DNA from: a virus
Lineage: Duplodnaviria; Caudoviricetes
IMG/VR virus record: IMGVR_UViG_3300014773_000009
Location: 30,868-94,867 of that record
Reading direction: 5' to 3' (one strand)
Length of the DNA: 64,000 nucleotides
A program made the position numbers and the translations under genes. The notes under the pieces were generated by a model. The model ran no database searches. It worked only from the letters and a program-made list of their open reading frames with translations, and was not told the origin of the DNA. Below are positions 55,671 through 64,000 of the stretch, piece by piece. Each line of letters starts with the position of its first letter. Positions within the stretch are counted from its first letter, which is position 1.

Positions 55671-57120
55671 GGTTCGATCCCTGATGCGTGAACCACCAAA
55701 GGTGGCTGGACGACTCCCGCCGCACGACCTCGATGCCGAGGCGGCGGTGCTGAGCACGTGCCTGCTGAAGCGGGGCTCGGTGGACGAGTTGGCGTTCCTG
55801 GCGCCCGAGCACTTCTACAGCGACGCGAACCGGCACATCTTCGAGGCCGTGCTCGAGCTCCAGCGTGGTGGACGTCCGGTGGACGTGGTCCAGGTTGCTG
55901 GCGTGCTGCGGGACCGCGAGCGGCTCGCGAGCGTGGGGGGGCCGGCGTACCTGGGGCAGGTGGTCGACGCCACGCCCGCGGTGGCCAACGTGGTCGAGCA
56001 CGCCAAGCGGGTGGTGGCCAAGGCGCGGGTCCGGCGGATCATCGCGGAGGCGCAGGCCATCGCGGCCGAGGGCTATGGCGACATCGGGGAAGAGCTCGCG
56101 TGGGTGGAGCAGGCGGAGGCGCGGCTGTCGAAGCTCGCTGAAGGGGCCCACCGGCGCGAGCTCGTGACCATCGGGGAGGCGCTCACACGAGCGTGGACCA
56201 AGGTCCAGCAGGAGGCCGATGGCAAGGGTCAGGCTGGCGGAGGACGGGTCGGGATCGAGGCTCTCGACAACCTGCTCGGGTTCCTGCGGCCCAAGCGTGT
56301 GACGGTGATCGGAGGCTTCTGGGGGGACGGGAAGAGCGCGCTGGGCCTGCTCGTGGCGCTCTCGACCGTCGGGCAGCGGCCTTCGCCGGCGGGGCTTCAC
56401 CCGGCGGCGGTGGTGCTCTCGGTCGAGATGGAGGACGAGGAGCTGGCGCAGCGCGCTCTCTTCATGCGGGCTCGGGTGGACTCGGTGAAGGCTCGCGCGG
56501 ACCGGCAGCGCGACCTCACACCCACCGACTGGCGGGCGCTGAACGAGGAGATCGTGACGGTGGGTCGCATGCCGCTTTGGATCGACGACACCGAGGACCT
56601 GTCCACCCAGGGGATCGGTGCGACGGTGAGGCGGCACAAGGCGGCGGCCGCGCGGCGCGGGTGCGAACTGCAGGTGGTGGTCGTGGACTACTTGCAGCTC
56701 ATCGACGGACGGCCAGGTCTAGCGAAGGGAGCGAACCGAGAGAACGAGATCGCGAACGTGGCGCGCACGCTGAAGCGGGTGGCGAAGTCCGAGGGCGTCC
56801 ACATCGTGGCGCTGGCCCAGCTGAACGACGACGCGAACAAGGCTGGCAAGGAGGCGCGCAAGCCGCGGGCGCGCGACTTCCGGGAGTCGAAGGCCATCCC
56901 GATGAACGCGGACAACGTGGTGCTCATCCACAACGCGAACGCGCGGCAGCGGGCCCAGCAGCACTGGAGCGGGGAGCGGGCACGGGTGAACGGTCAGCAG
57001 AGCGAGACCGTGGAACTCATCGTCGACAAGCACCGCGGAGGGCCGACCGGAACGGTCAAGGCGCTCTTCTACCCGGCGCTCACCCTCTTCACAGACCACG
57101 ATGGACGGGAGGACGACTGA
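55663..57120 (+). CDS. dnaB: Replicative DNA helicase
   Basis: PPHDLDAEAAVL, GDGKS, SVEM, VVVDYLQL, LAQLN, IVDKHRGGPTG. Confidence 0.95.
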   Translation: MGEVRSLMREPPKVAGRLPPHDLDAEAAVLSTCLLKRGSVDELAFLAPEHFYSDANRHIFEAVLELQRGGRPVDVVQVAGVLRDRERLASVGGPAYLGQVVDATPAVANVVEHAKRVVAKARVRRIIAEAQAIAAEGYGDIGEELAWVEQAEARLSKLAEGAHRRELVTIGEALTRAWTKVQQEADGKGQAGGGRVGIEALDNLLGFLRPKRVTVIGGFWGDGKSALGLLVALSTVGQRPSPAGLHPAAVVLSVEMEDEELAQRALFMRARVDSVKARADRQRDLTPTDWRALNEEIVTVGRMPLWIDDTEDLSTQGIGATVRRHKAAAARRGCELQVVVVDYLQLIDGRPGLAKGANRENEIANVARTLKRVAKSEGVHIVALAQLNDDANKAGKEARKPRARDFRESKAIPMNADNVVLIHNANARQRAQQHWSGERARVNGQQSETVELIVDKHRGGPTGTVKALFYPALTLFTDHDGREDD

Positions 57121-57521
57121 TGGCCCGGGACACCCTGCTCGTGACGGGCTCTCGCGGGTGGACCGACCCGGAGCCGATCAAGCGCTGGCTCGGCCTGGTG
57201 ATGGCGCAGACGAACATCAGGAGGCTGGTCCACGGTGGCGCCCGGGGGGCCGACACGCTGGCCGACATCGTCTGGCGCGAGCTCGGCGGTACCGTCGAGG
57301 CTTATCCGGTCGACGAAGCCATCGACGGGCCGTGGCCACGCGCGGGCCACAACCGGAACGAGCGGATGGTGAGGCGGGAGCAGAAGCGGATCGCTCGAGC
57401 CCTGGCGTTCACGACTCCGACACGCGCAGGCATGACCGCGGGGACCGCCAACTGCGTGGCCAGGTGTCTCGGCGCCGGCATCGTGGTGACCGTGGTTCCA
57501 GACCAGACGGGGTTCGGCTGA
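57120..57521 (+). CDS. SLOG (YspA/DUF2493) protein
   Basis: VTGSR, VHGGARGAD, AG..RN..M, GT. Confidence 0.85.
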   Translation: MARDTLLVTGSRGWTDPEPIKRWLGLVMAQTNIRRLVHGGARGADTLADIVWRELGGTVEAYPVDEAIDGPWPRAGHNRNERMVRREQKRIARALAFTTPTRAGMTAGTANCVARCLGAGIVVTVVPDQTGFG

Positions 57522-57766
57522 TGACAGTCGGCCGCAAGATGAGCGCATCTCGGCGTCATTCACCGGGAAAGGAGCAACGTGTCGCTCCTCGTGCGAGCCG
57601 GTTCAAACTTCACCGGTGGCGCATGGCGTGGGCCCCAGGACGGCAGCTGCGCGCCCTTCGCAGCCGGGCCGTCCGCTCTTCTTCTGCTGGGACCTCAAGC
57701 CCGAGAACATGATCCTCGGGCGCGCCGACAGGACCGGTGCTCACTTTTTAGGCACCACCTTGATCC

Positions 57767-58015
57767 GTGCCGAGGGTCGAGATCCTTCCGGTGGAGAGGC
57801 TCACGAGTGGGCGGGACTTCATGCGGTGTCCGCCCTACCGTGCCGTGCTGTCGGCGCAGACCTGCGTCGCTCGGCAGGACGCGGTCGCGGTCCAAGCCAC
57901 GCAGGATGTCCGCAAACCACTGTCCGACCGGTTGAACGGGGACTACCGGCACTGCCGGGACTGCGCGATCGGCCGAGCGGTGCGCGCGCGCCTGGATGGT
58001 GGAACTCCGCCATGA
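57767..58015 (+). CDS. Small Cys-rich protein
   Basis: CPPY...TCVARQ...CRDCAIG. Confidence 0.55.
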   Translation: MPRVEILPVERLTSGRDFMRCPPYRAVLSAQTCVARQDAVAVQATQDVRKPLSDRLNGDYRHCRDCAIGRAVRARLDGGTPP

Positions 58016-58668
58016 GCTGGCGGGCAGCGCTCGCCTGGGCCGAGGCAGAGGAGGCCTCTCGGCAGCTGAAGGCCGGCGTCGACGTGTTCGCTCTCGAGCG
58101 TGCCCGTCAGGCGTTGATGCAGGCGCTCCAGGCCTCGCACGTCGACGACACGCCCATCCCCGAGATCACCGTCATCCTGCTTGAGCAGCGCCTCCAGGAC
58201 GCGTCCGACATCCTGCGCCTGCCCGAGGCCACCGAGCCACCACGGCCCAAGCCGGCACCCAACGACCGGCGCGGCAAGCACAAGGAGCTGCGCGCGAGCC
58301 GGATCGCTGCCGGGCTCTGCACCAGCTGCGGGCGAGCTCGAGACCGCGAGGGCGTCACCTGCCACCGGTGCCTCGACACCGACAAGAAGTGGCGGGCTGA
58401 CCGTGCGGTGCGTGAGAAGACCGCCGAGTACCTGGACGACGAGTGCCAGCCCCTCGTGCTCGCGTTCCCGACCCGCATGCTCCCCGTGCTCGGCGGTCCG
58501 CGCTACGACTGCGTGAACGAGGACGAGTGCCTGAGCGAGCTCGTCAAGGCGTGCGGTCGACAGGACGCGCCAGGCTCGTCGTGCCCCAAGGACTGCCCGA
58601 GCCGCGAGGACCGAGATGCGCGGCGCGAGTTCGAGCACGATGCGCTCAGCCGCTCCGAGATGGTCTGA
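58012..58668 (+). CDS. Zinc-finger protein, possible regulator
   Basis: CTSC...CHRC plus a second Cys cluster. Confidence 0.55.
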   Translation: MSWRAALAWAEAEEASRQLKAGVDVFALERARQALMQALQASHVDDTPIPEITVILLEQRLQDASDILRLPEATEPPRPKPAPNDRRGKHKELRASRIAAGLCTSCGRARDREGVTCHRCLDTDKKWRADRAVREKTAEYLDDECQPLVLAFPTRMLPVLGGPRYDCVNEDECLSELVKACGRQDAPGSSCPKDCPSREDRDARREFEHDALSRSEMV

Positions 58669-58824
58669 GCCGCTCTCCACTGGGTGAGCACGTGCTCTGT
58701 CACCGCGCGCATGCGAGACATCCGATCTGCGCCAGGTGGGAGGGCTGTCGCGTTGGCACGGCAACGTCTCTTGACCTGATCTCTTTTAAGAGAGCACCCC
58801 TCCCACGCCGGCAAGCTGTCGTAC

Positions 58825-59199
58825 ATGTCGCCCGAGCAGAATTGGCTGGTGCGAGACGACCCGCGCAAGGACCCCGAGGACGAGCAGACGGTGGACCGGG
58901 AGGCGCCGACCCCGAAGTGCTCGGACACGCTCGCGCGCTGGCCGATGCTGCGAGAGGCCGCGATGGCGGTGTTCAACGGCTGCTCGTCGGAGGCGCTGGT
59001 CTGCGAGAAGGTCTACGAGAAGCTCTCGTACACGAAGGCTGGCCACCTTCGACGCATCGCCCGGCAGGCGCGGGCGCTGGCCGAGGCCTTCGAGCACTGG
59101 GAGTTCGGCGACCCGGGCGACGAGTTGCGACGGGGAGCGATCGCCAAGCTATACGACCTGCGGCAGCAGGCTCGAGACCACGGGGCCAAGGTCGACTGA
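58825..59199 (+). CDS. Hypothetical protein
   Basis: ORF ends exactly at the second 40-bp repeat. Confidence 0.55.
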   Translation: MSPEQNWLVRDDPRKDPEDEQTVDREAPTPKCSDTLARWPMLREAAMAVFNGCSSEALVCEKVYEKLSYTKAGHLRRIARQARALAEAFEHWEFGDPGDELRRGAIAKLYDLRQQARDHGAKVD

Positions 59200-59363
59200 G
59201 CGCGCCGACAGGACCGGTGCTCACTTCTACGGCATCACCCAATGCGGCGTGCACGGGCATGGTGTCGGAGGAGACCTCCGGACAAGGGTTGTTAGGTTCC
59301 CCTCATGAAACACCCGCCCACGCCCCTCCTGCGCGGCATCGAGCCGCAGGAAGGCAAGGCAGC

Positions 59364-59675
59364 ATGGAACGCAAGTACGACCACAACGCAGCCATCGTGT
59401 ACGTGGACCCGCAGGGAGTGAAGCACTCGGCCATCGTCACCAGTTGGTGGGGCGCGCCGGGCGCGGACTCTCAAGGGCAAGCGGAGGTCTTCGGATCGCC
59501 GGCCATCCACGCGTACACGAGCGAGACGGGAGAGCCGGGGTGCAACCTGGTGTGTGTCTCGGGCGACGTGGCCAAGACGGATCCGTACGGTCGCCAGATC
59601 GAGCGAGCCACCTCGGTGGTTCACCGGTCGAAGCAGGCGGCGCACGGGAACTTCTGGCACTGGCCGGACGAGTGA
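59364..59675 (+). CDS. Hypothetical protein
   Basis: AIVT..W...CNL...SVVH...WHWP pattern. Confidence 0.6.
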   Translation: MERKYDHNAAIVYVDPQGVKHSAIVTSWWGAPGADSQGQAEVFGSPAIHAYTSETGEPGCNLVCVSGDVAKTDPYGRQIERATSVVHRSKQAAHGNFWHWPDE

Positions 59676-59760
59676 GCCGAGGCCGAGCGGTCGGTACCGA
59701 TGAGGCGCCGATGACCGTGGGTCGCTGCCGCGCAGGGGGATCACCCAAAGGAGACGAGCG

Positions 59761-59985
59761 ATGGATCAGCCGGAGATTCTGAAGTACTTCGCCTACGAAC
59801 ACTTGCCACCGCACCTGCAGCCCGCATCCAAGGCGGTGGGCGACGTGGCGCGCCAGATGGCCGAGCACCTGCCGCCGAGCGCGGAGCTCAGCGCCGGCCT
59901 GCGGAAGCTGCTCGAGGCGAAGGACTGCTTCGTGCGCGCGACGCTCGACAGCTCGTCGAAGCCGCTCCCGAAGACCGCGGGATGA
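59761..59985 (+). CDS. Small helical-hairpin protein (Acb2/Tad1-like candidate)
   Basis: AAGGAG RBS; FAYEHLPPHLQ...SAELSAGLRKLLEAKDCFVRA. Confidence 0.6.
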   Translation: MDQPEILKYFAYEHLPPHLQPASKAVGDVARQMAEHLPPSAELSAGLRKLLEAKDCFVRATLDSSSKPLPKTAG

Positions 59986-60305
59986 TCCCGCTGCCGCTGA
60001 CCGCCACTACCTCTGACTGGCCGCTGCTCACCTTCACCTTCAGCGTCGGCGGCGTCAGCGACAGCGACGTGCGACTCGTGGCCGCGCGGCTTGAGCGCGA
60101 GCTACGGGAGGCCGAGTTCGCGGCGGAAGCCAAGCGCAACGCGAACAGGCTGCGGGCCCAGCAGCGCGGCAAGGGTGCTCCGGCGCCATGTAGACGGGCG
60201 TGCCGACCGCAGCTCGAGCGGCGCCCAGCAGCGACTCGGCCACACCAGCGCGGGCAGGGCTGCCGCTGACACGACCAGCCACCACCGGACGGATAGGTCA
60301 CTCCC

Positions 60306-62198
60306 ATGGCGCTGATCACAGACCCCGACCTGCTCGATGACTCTGCCGTCGATGATGGGAGCCAGGAGGTGTACGTCAACACCACGACCAAGACGGTGAA
60401 GCTGAACACCGTCGGCAACCTGTCGACCGACGGCGTCACCGGAAAGGCGCTCTACTCGTTCCTCAAAGAGGAGTGGAGGAACGACCCGCACAGCAAGAAC
60501 CTCGCGGCCTTCCCGTTCCCGCTCGTTCCGATCACCGACGAGTTCTTCGAGTGGGTCGAGGGGTGGGACCTGCTGAACGACACCGGGCGCAACCTCATCC
60601 GGAACTCGGGGTGGCTGGTCCGCAACACCAGCGGCAACGTGACCCAGCACTTCGCCGGGGTGAAGACCACCGGCACGACCGAGAGCAACGACCAGCTCTA
60701 CTACGAGCTCGACGGCGCGAGCGGCAAGGGCTCGCCAACCAACTTCGTGCTCACAGGCTCCGCCAACCAGGCGGTCAAGATCATCGACGACCCGAACGGC
60801 GACGGCAACTACGCCGACGGCTTCTCGCGCACCACCAACGTCAAGGTCTTCAACCGCGAGCAAGGCCAGGCGTTCTCCCTGAGCTCGACCTCGGCCAACG
60901 GCGAGGCCACGCTCACGGCGCCCAAGGTCTTCGGTCTCGACGCCAGCACGAGCAACGATCTGAAGGTGTCCGACGCAGACGCGAAGGTGGCTCTCGCCGG
61001 CGCCATCGCAAGCGCATCGTGGACCGGCGGGGTGGCCACCATCAACACCAGCGCCGCTCACGGGCTCACCAGCGGCGACTACGTCGCCATCGCTGGCGTT
61101 ACCCCCGCCGGCTACAACGTCCGTGGCGTCGCGACGGTGATCGACACCGACACGTTCACGATCCCGATCGCGAGCGACCCCGGCGCCTACAGCAGCGGAG
61201 GCACGGTTGGCTCGGTCTACAGCCTGATCCGCGTGCGCTACTTCGACCAAGCGTTCACGCGCGACGTCGACTCCACCACCGACCGCAACTTCGGAATCGT
61301 GGTGGATGTGGGTACGCACTCCGGGGTCGACGGATCGTTCTCCAACGGCGGTTCGGTGCTCACCACCACTGAAGGCGGCATCGCCACGGAGAACAACCCA
61401 TTCGCTGGTGGCACGCTGGTGGTGCACGAGGGCGCAGCCGCCGGCACCTATCCGATCAGCGGCAACCCAACGGCGACCACGGTGACCATCACGGGCACGT
61501 TCCCTGCAGCAGGGACGAACGTCTCGTTCACCATCAAGCCCGCGACAGCTACGCCCGCAACCGCGGAGCAGATCTACACCAAGGTCCAGTACCTGCTGCG
61601 CCAAAACGCGGACATCGACTCCACCGATCAGAGCGTGATCGGAAAGGTCGCAGACCAGCTGATGCACTTCATCGGCGCCACGCTGGTCTGCGGACGGTCG
61701 CTGTCCGCGGTCCAGCCCACCAACCCGAACGGTGGCGGCTCGGGCGTCATCATCGAGGGCTTCATGTCGGCCGACACCAACCGACTGACCTTCTACGACA
61801 ACACCAACACCGCCCGCACCTACCCGTTCGTCGCGGTGCTGACGTTGCTCTTCGGGGCCAACCTCGTAGCCGACGGGAGCGCCAAGTACTGGGTCTACTT
61901 CAGTACGCTGCCTGGCGGCGGGAACGACTACGGGGAGAGCGGGGCGCTCATCGTGGACGACAACGCGGGGGCAGACATGGCCGGAAACGTTTCCGGGCAG
62001 AACAGCATCCAGCACACGTTCAACTACGATGGCAACGTCCAGGGCGGTCGCACGGCGGGGACGGATGCGGCCATCACCATCATCGGTATCGGCCTCGCCA
62101 CCGGCCAGTACGTGCGCGCCACCGGCACGATCGAGCGGTCGACATCCAACAGCGTGTCGCTCGTGGCCGCGCTCGAGCGCAACTACGCCAACCCGTGA
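60306..62198 (+). CDS. Virion structural protein
   Basis: 630 aa, T/G/N-rich; beta-domain ATINTSAAHGLTSGDYVAIAGV...YN...TFT. Confidence 0.65.
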   Translation: MALITDPDLLDDSAVDDGSQEVYVNTTTKTVKLNTVGNLSTDGVTGKALYSFLKEEWRNDPHSKNLAAFPFPLVPITDEFFEWVEGWDLLNDTGRNLIRNSGWLVRNTSGNVTQHFAGVKTTGTTESNDQLYYELDGASGKGSPTNFVLTGSANQAVKIIDDPNGDGNYADGFSRTTNVKVFNREQGQAFSLSSTSANGEATLTAPKVFGLDASTSNDLKVSDADAKVALAGAIASASWTGGVATINTSAAHGLTSGDYVAIAGVTPAGYNVRGVATVIDTDTFTIPIASDPGAYSSGGTVGSVYSLIRVRYFDQAFTRDVDSTTDRNFGIVVDVGTHSGVDGSFSNGGSVLTTTEGGIATENNPFAGGTLVVHEGAAAGTYPISGNPTATTVTITGTFPAAGTNVSFTIKPATATPATAEQIYTKVQYLLRQNADIDSTDQSVIGKVADQLMHFIGATLVCGRSLSAVQPTNPNGGGSGVIIEGFMSADTNRLTFYDNTNTARTYPFVAVLTLLFGANLVADGSAKYWVYFSTLPGGGNDYGESGALIVDDNAGADMAGNVSGQNSIQHTFNYDGNVQGGRTAGTDAAITIIGIGLATGQYVRATGTIERSTSNSVSLVAALERNYANP

Positions 62199-62205
62199 GG
62201 AGCAC

Positions 62206-62418
62206 ATGATCGCAACCATCTCCGGCAACCTGATGGTCCTGAACCCCAACACGACGCAGTTCTCCGTGCTCTGGGGAGGCGTGGTGGTCCCTGGCGTGGT
62301 CGCCGTGCGGATCGATTGCGACTCCGACGAGCACCGCGTGAAGTTGCGAGTCAACGGCTCGTCTCCGGTCTACGACCAGCTGCGAGCCGCCGGTGTCATC
62401 GTGAAGGAGGAGGGCTGA
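62206..62418 (+). CDS. Hypothetical protein
   Basis: GAGGAG RBS. Confidence 0.55.
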   Translation: MIATISGNLMVLNPNTTQFSVLWGGVVVPGVVAVRIDCDSDEHRVKLRVNGSSPVYDQLRAAGVIVKEEG

Positions 62419-62421
62419 GCC

Positions 62422-62661
62422 ATGTCAGATCTGCTGATTGTGCTCCCGAGCGAGTGGGTCGAACTAGACCAGCCCGGGCTGTCCGAGCACCTCGTCAACA
62501 ACATCGGGCAGCAGACGCTGCAAAACATGATCGACGACGGGTCGTGGGCCGAGCTCACCGCGCTGTTGGAGGACTTCTGGACTCCTCCGCCAGGGCTCGC
62601 GATGACTGGTGCGCGCGTGTTCGCGGAGGACTCGCTGCGGCTGTTCGTCATGCTGGGCTGA
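62422..62661 (+). CDS. Hypothetical acidic protein
   Basis: GGAGG RBS. Confidence 0.55.
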   Translation: MSDLLIVLPSEWVELDQPGLSEHLVNNIGQQTLQNMIDDGSWAELTALLEDFWTPPPGLAMTGARVFAEDSLRLFVMLG

Positions 62662-62664
62662 GAC

Positions 62665-64000
62665 ATGCCGAAGATCCGGGCGAAGGACTTCAACATCCAG
62701 ACGGGCAACGTCTCGTCTGTGACGGTGGTCATGCCGCCCCACGAGACTGGAGATCTGCTACTCGTGTTCGCAGGCAAGGACGACGCGACGGGCAACGACC
62801 CGAGCACCGTCACAAGCGGCTGGACGCGCGGCGGCAGTAGCGCATCGGCAGGAGCGACGACCGCGGCGGTGCGGTCAGCCTGGTTCTACAAGGTCGCAGC
62901 TAGCTCCGCTGAGCCCGACCTCGTCATCACCTCGAGCGACGCGGACACGTGGTCCATCATTGCGATGTCGATCGCTGGCGCGCACGCGACACCGATCGAT
63001 GCATCGAGCGGCAACGGCAGCACCGACGCGACGGGGTCGCCGTTCACCGTGACGGGCGTGACCACGAACTTCGACCACTCGCTCGTGGTCTTTGCGTGCC
63101 TCTCTGGTGGCACCGGCTGCCCCATGCCGTACCCAGGTCTGCAGCTCATCGACGCAGTCGACTCCGCAGCCGAGGGACTCGGGTGCGCGTACACGGTCAA
63201 GGCCACCGCTGGGGCCACCGGCAACAAGGACTTCTACACCGACGCACTCAACACGAATACCGTCGGGTTCTGCGTGGCGGTCCGCGACGACGGCACGTCA
63301 GGGCAGCGGGCGGCGTATTGGGATGCGGACTACGCGACGCTGGTGCACCCATTCCGCGGGTCGGTCGCGATCATCACCAGCGACGTGTGGGGCACAGCGC
63401 TCACCACCTACCCACAGCTCGGGAAGGACGCGGTGGACTACTGCGTCCAGGTCGACCAGTCGGGAGGGCCGAGCTACGTCGACTACACGACGGCAGCGAA
63501 CAACTCGACCGACGCTGATGTGACACCGTACCCAGCGACCGAGGCCGCGGGCGCGGAGGGCACCGGCGACTGGTTCGCGGTCGGCTACGAGAAGCCGTTC
63601 AACTCGCTCGTCTTCGATCGAGCTGGGTGCACGCAGGGTGTGGCCGGCGTGGTGGCGTGGGAGTACTACAACGGCACGGCCTGGGTCGCGCTGACGAGCG
63701 TCACCGACGGGACCACGTCGTTCACCGCCACGCTGGGCGACGGGCAGGAAGTGCGCTGGGCGTTCCCTCCCAATTTCAACTGGGCGAAGACCAGCATCAA
63801 CGGCAGCGCGTCGCTCTACTTCGTGCGCGCTCGTTGCACGACGGTGTGGACCACCAACCCCACCATCTCGCAGGTCTACATCGGCGGGCGCGCACTGCTG
63901 TACGACGCGATCGGATCGGCCGGTGACGCAGGCGTTGTGCAGTTCGAGAACGCCTCGCTCTTCACGCCGGCCACCAGCACCGTGCAGGCCGGGGGGACGT
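62665..64000 (+). CDS. Large virion/tail-fibre-like protein (3'-truncated by the window; absent from the ORF track)
   Basis: MPKIRAKDFN...GDLLLVF...GWT...WFYKVA...WEYYNGTAW; frame appears open to the window end. Confidence 0.65.
   Translation, partial: MPKIRAKDFNIQTGNVSSVTVVMPPHETGDLLLVFAGKDDATGNDPSTVTSGWTRGGSSASAGATTAAVRSAWFYKVAASSAEPDLVITSSDADTWSIIAMSIAGAHATPIDASSGNGSTDATGSPFTVTGVTTNFDHSLVVFACLSGGTGCPMPYPGLQLIDAVDSAAEGLGCAYTVKATAGATGNKDFYTDALNTNTVGFCVAVRDDGTSGQRAAYWDADYATLVHPFRGSVAIITSDVWGTALTTYPQLGKDAVDYCVQVDQSGGPSYVDYTTAANNSTDADVTPYPATEAAGAEGTGDWFAVGYEKPFNSLVFDRAGCTQGVAGVVAWEYYNGTAWVALTSVTDGTTSFTATLGDGQEVRWAFPPNFNWAKTSINGSASLYFVRARCTTVWTTNPTISQVYIGGRALLYDAIGSAGDAGVVQFENASLFTPATSTVQAGGT

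Larger units (their letters stand above)
57720..59239. repeat. 40-bp direct repeat pair plus an inverted partial copy
   Basis: 57720-57759 vs 59200-59239: first 27 bp identical, 36/40 overall. GACAG-N5-GTGCTCAC occurs inverted at 58684-58701. Confidence 0.85.

Noticed and set aside
57688-57720. DLKPEN Ser/Thr-kinase catalytic-loop-like peptide
   Set aside because: No other kinase motifs in frame; chance match or tiny relic.
58754-58793. Sigma54 promoter (TGGCAC) near the TCTCTT-TT-AAGAGA palindrome
   Set aside because: The -12 TTGC element is absent; the role of the palindrome is unclear.
59263-59354. Hairpins upstream of 59364 as a riboswitch or ribozyme
   Set aside because: Stems exist but no recognisable conserved core; cannot be supported without a covariance search.
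59982-60269. 95-aa ORF after the sponge candidate
   Set aside because: Start overlaps the upstream stop, so it may be real, but the C-terminal half is low-complexity and no function can be supported.
1310-62354. Many long antisense or alternate-frame ORFs (e.g. 1310-3247, 8474-10396, 27781-30267, 41387-43882, 60102-62354)
   Set aside because: Shadow ORFs expected in high-GC DNA; they overlap motif-bearing genes and are R/A/G/P-rich without motifs.
1-64000. Diversity-generating retroelement, retron or tail-fibre shufflon
   Set aside because: No reverse transcriptase motifs, TR/VR pair or inverted fibre cassettes seen by eye.

Overview
The whole 64 kb window looks like one high-GC (roughly 70% by eye) temperate tailed phage. 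It appears to be in its excised or free form, because an intact attP (3' half of tRNA-Asn) sits mid-window with phage genes on both sides. The host is probably a diderm, possibly a myxobacterium; this is inferred from GC content, lipobox proteins and the attP-inside-int layout known from Mx8/Mx9. Layout: (1) 1-12.4 kb (+): baseplate/tail fibre, a large lysis cassette, portal, and a MuF protein carrying a zincin domain. (2) 12.3-36.6 kb (-): accessory and early genes, including DUF932, an IbrA-GNAT-IbrB module, two tyrosine recombinases, a Mom-like modifier, DUF1643, DUF5131, SbcC/SbcD, C5 and amino-methyltransferases and a putative annealase. (3) 36.7-41.8 kb: a lipoprotein moron and the immunity region (XRE repressor, hicBA, ImmA-like peptidase, two-gene cargo, cro). 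(4) 41.8-60 kb (+): a tRNA-Met-like element, nucleotide metabolism and methylation genes, SNF2, RuvC, a replication initiator with a 10-bp-phased iteron array, DnaB, SLOG and a possible anti-defence sponge. (5) 60.3-64 kb (+): virion genes. No terminase, major capsid, reverse transcriptase or CRISPR array was seen. Top candidates for new biology: an integration-operated switch in which attP both rewrites the Int C-terminus and disconnects a Mom/recombinase block; the IbrA-GNAT-IbrB candidate DNA-modification system; the MuF-zincin effector; and the unexplained repeat triad at 57.7-59.2 kb. All family calls are motif recognition by eye, not database searches.
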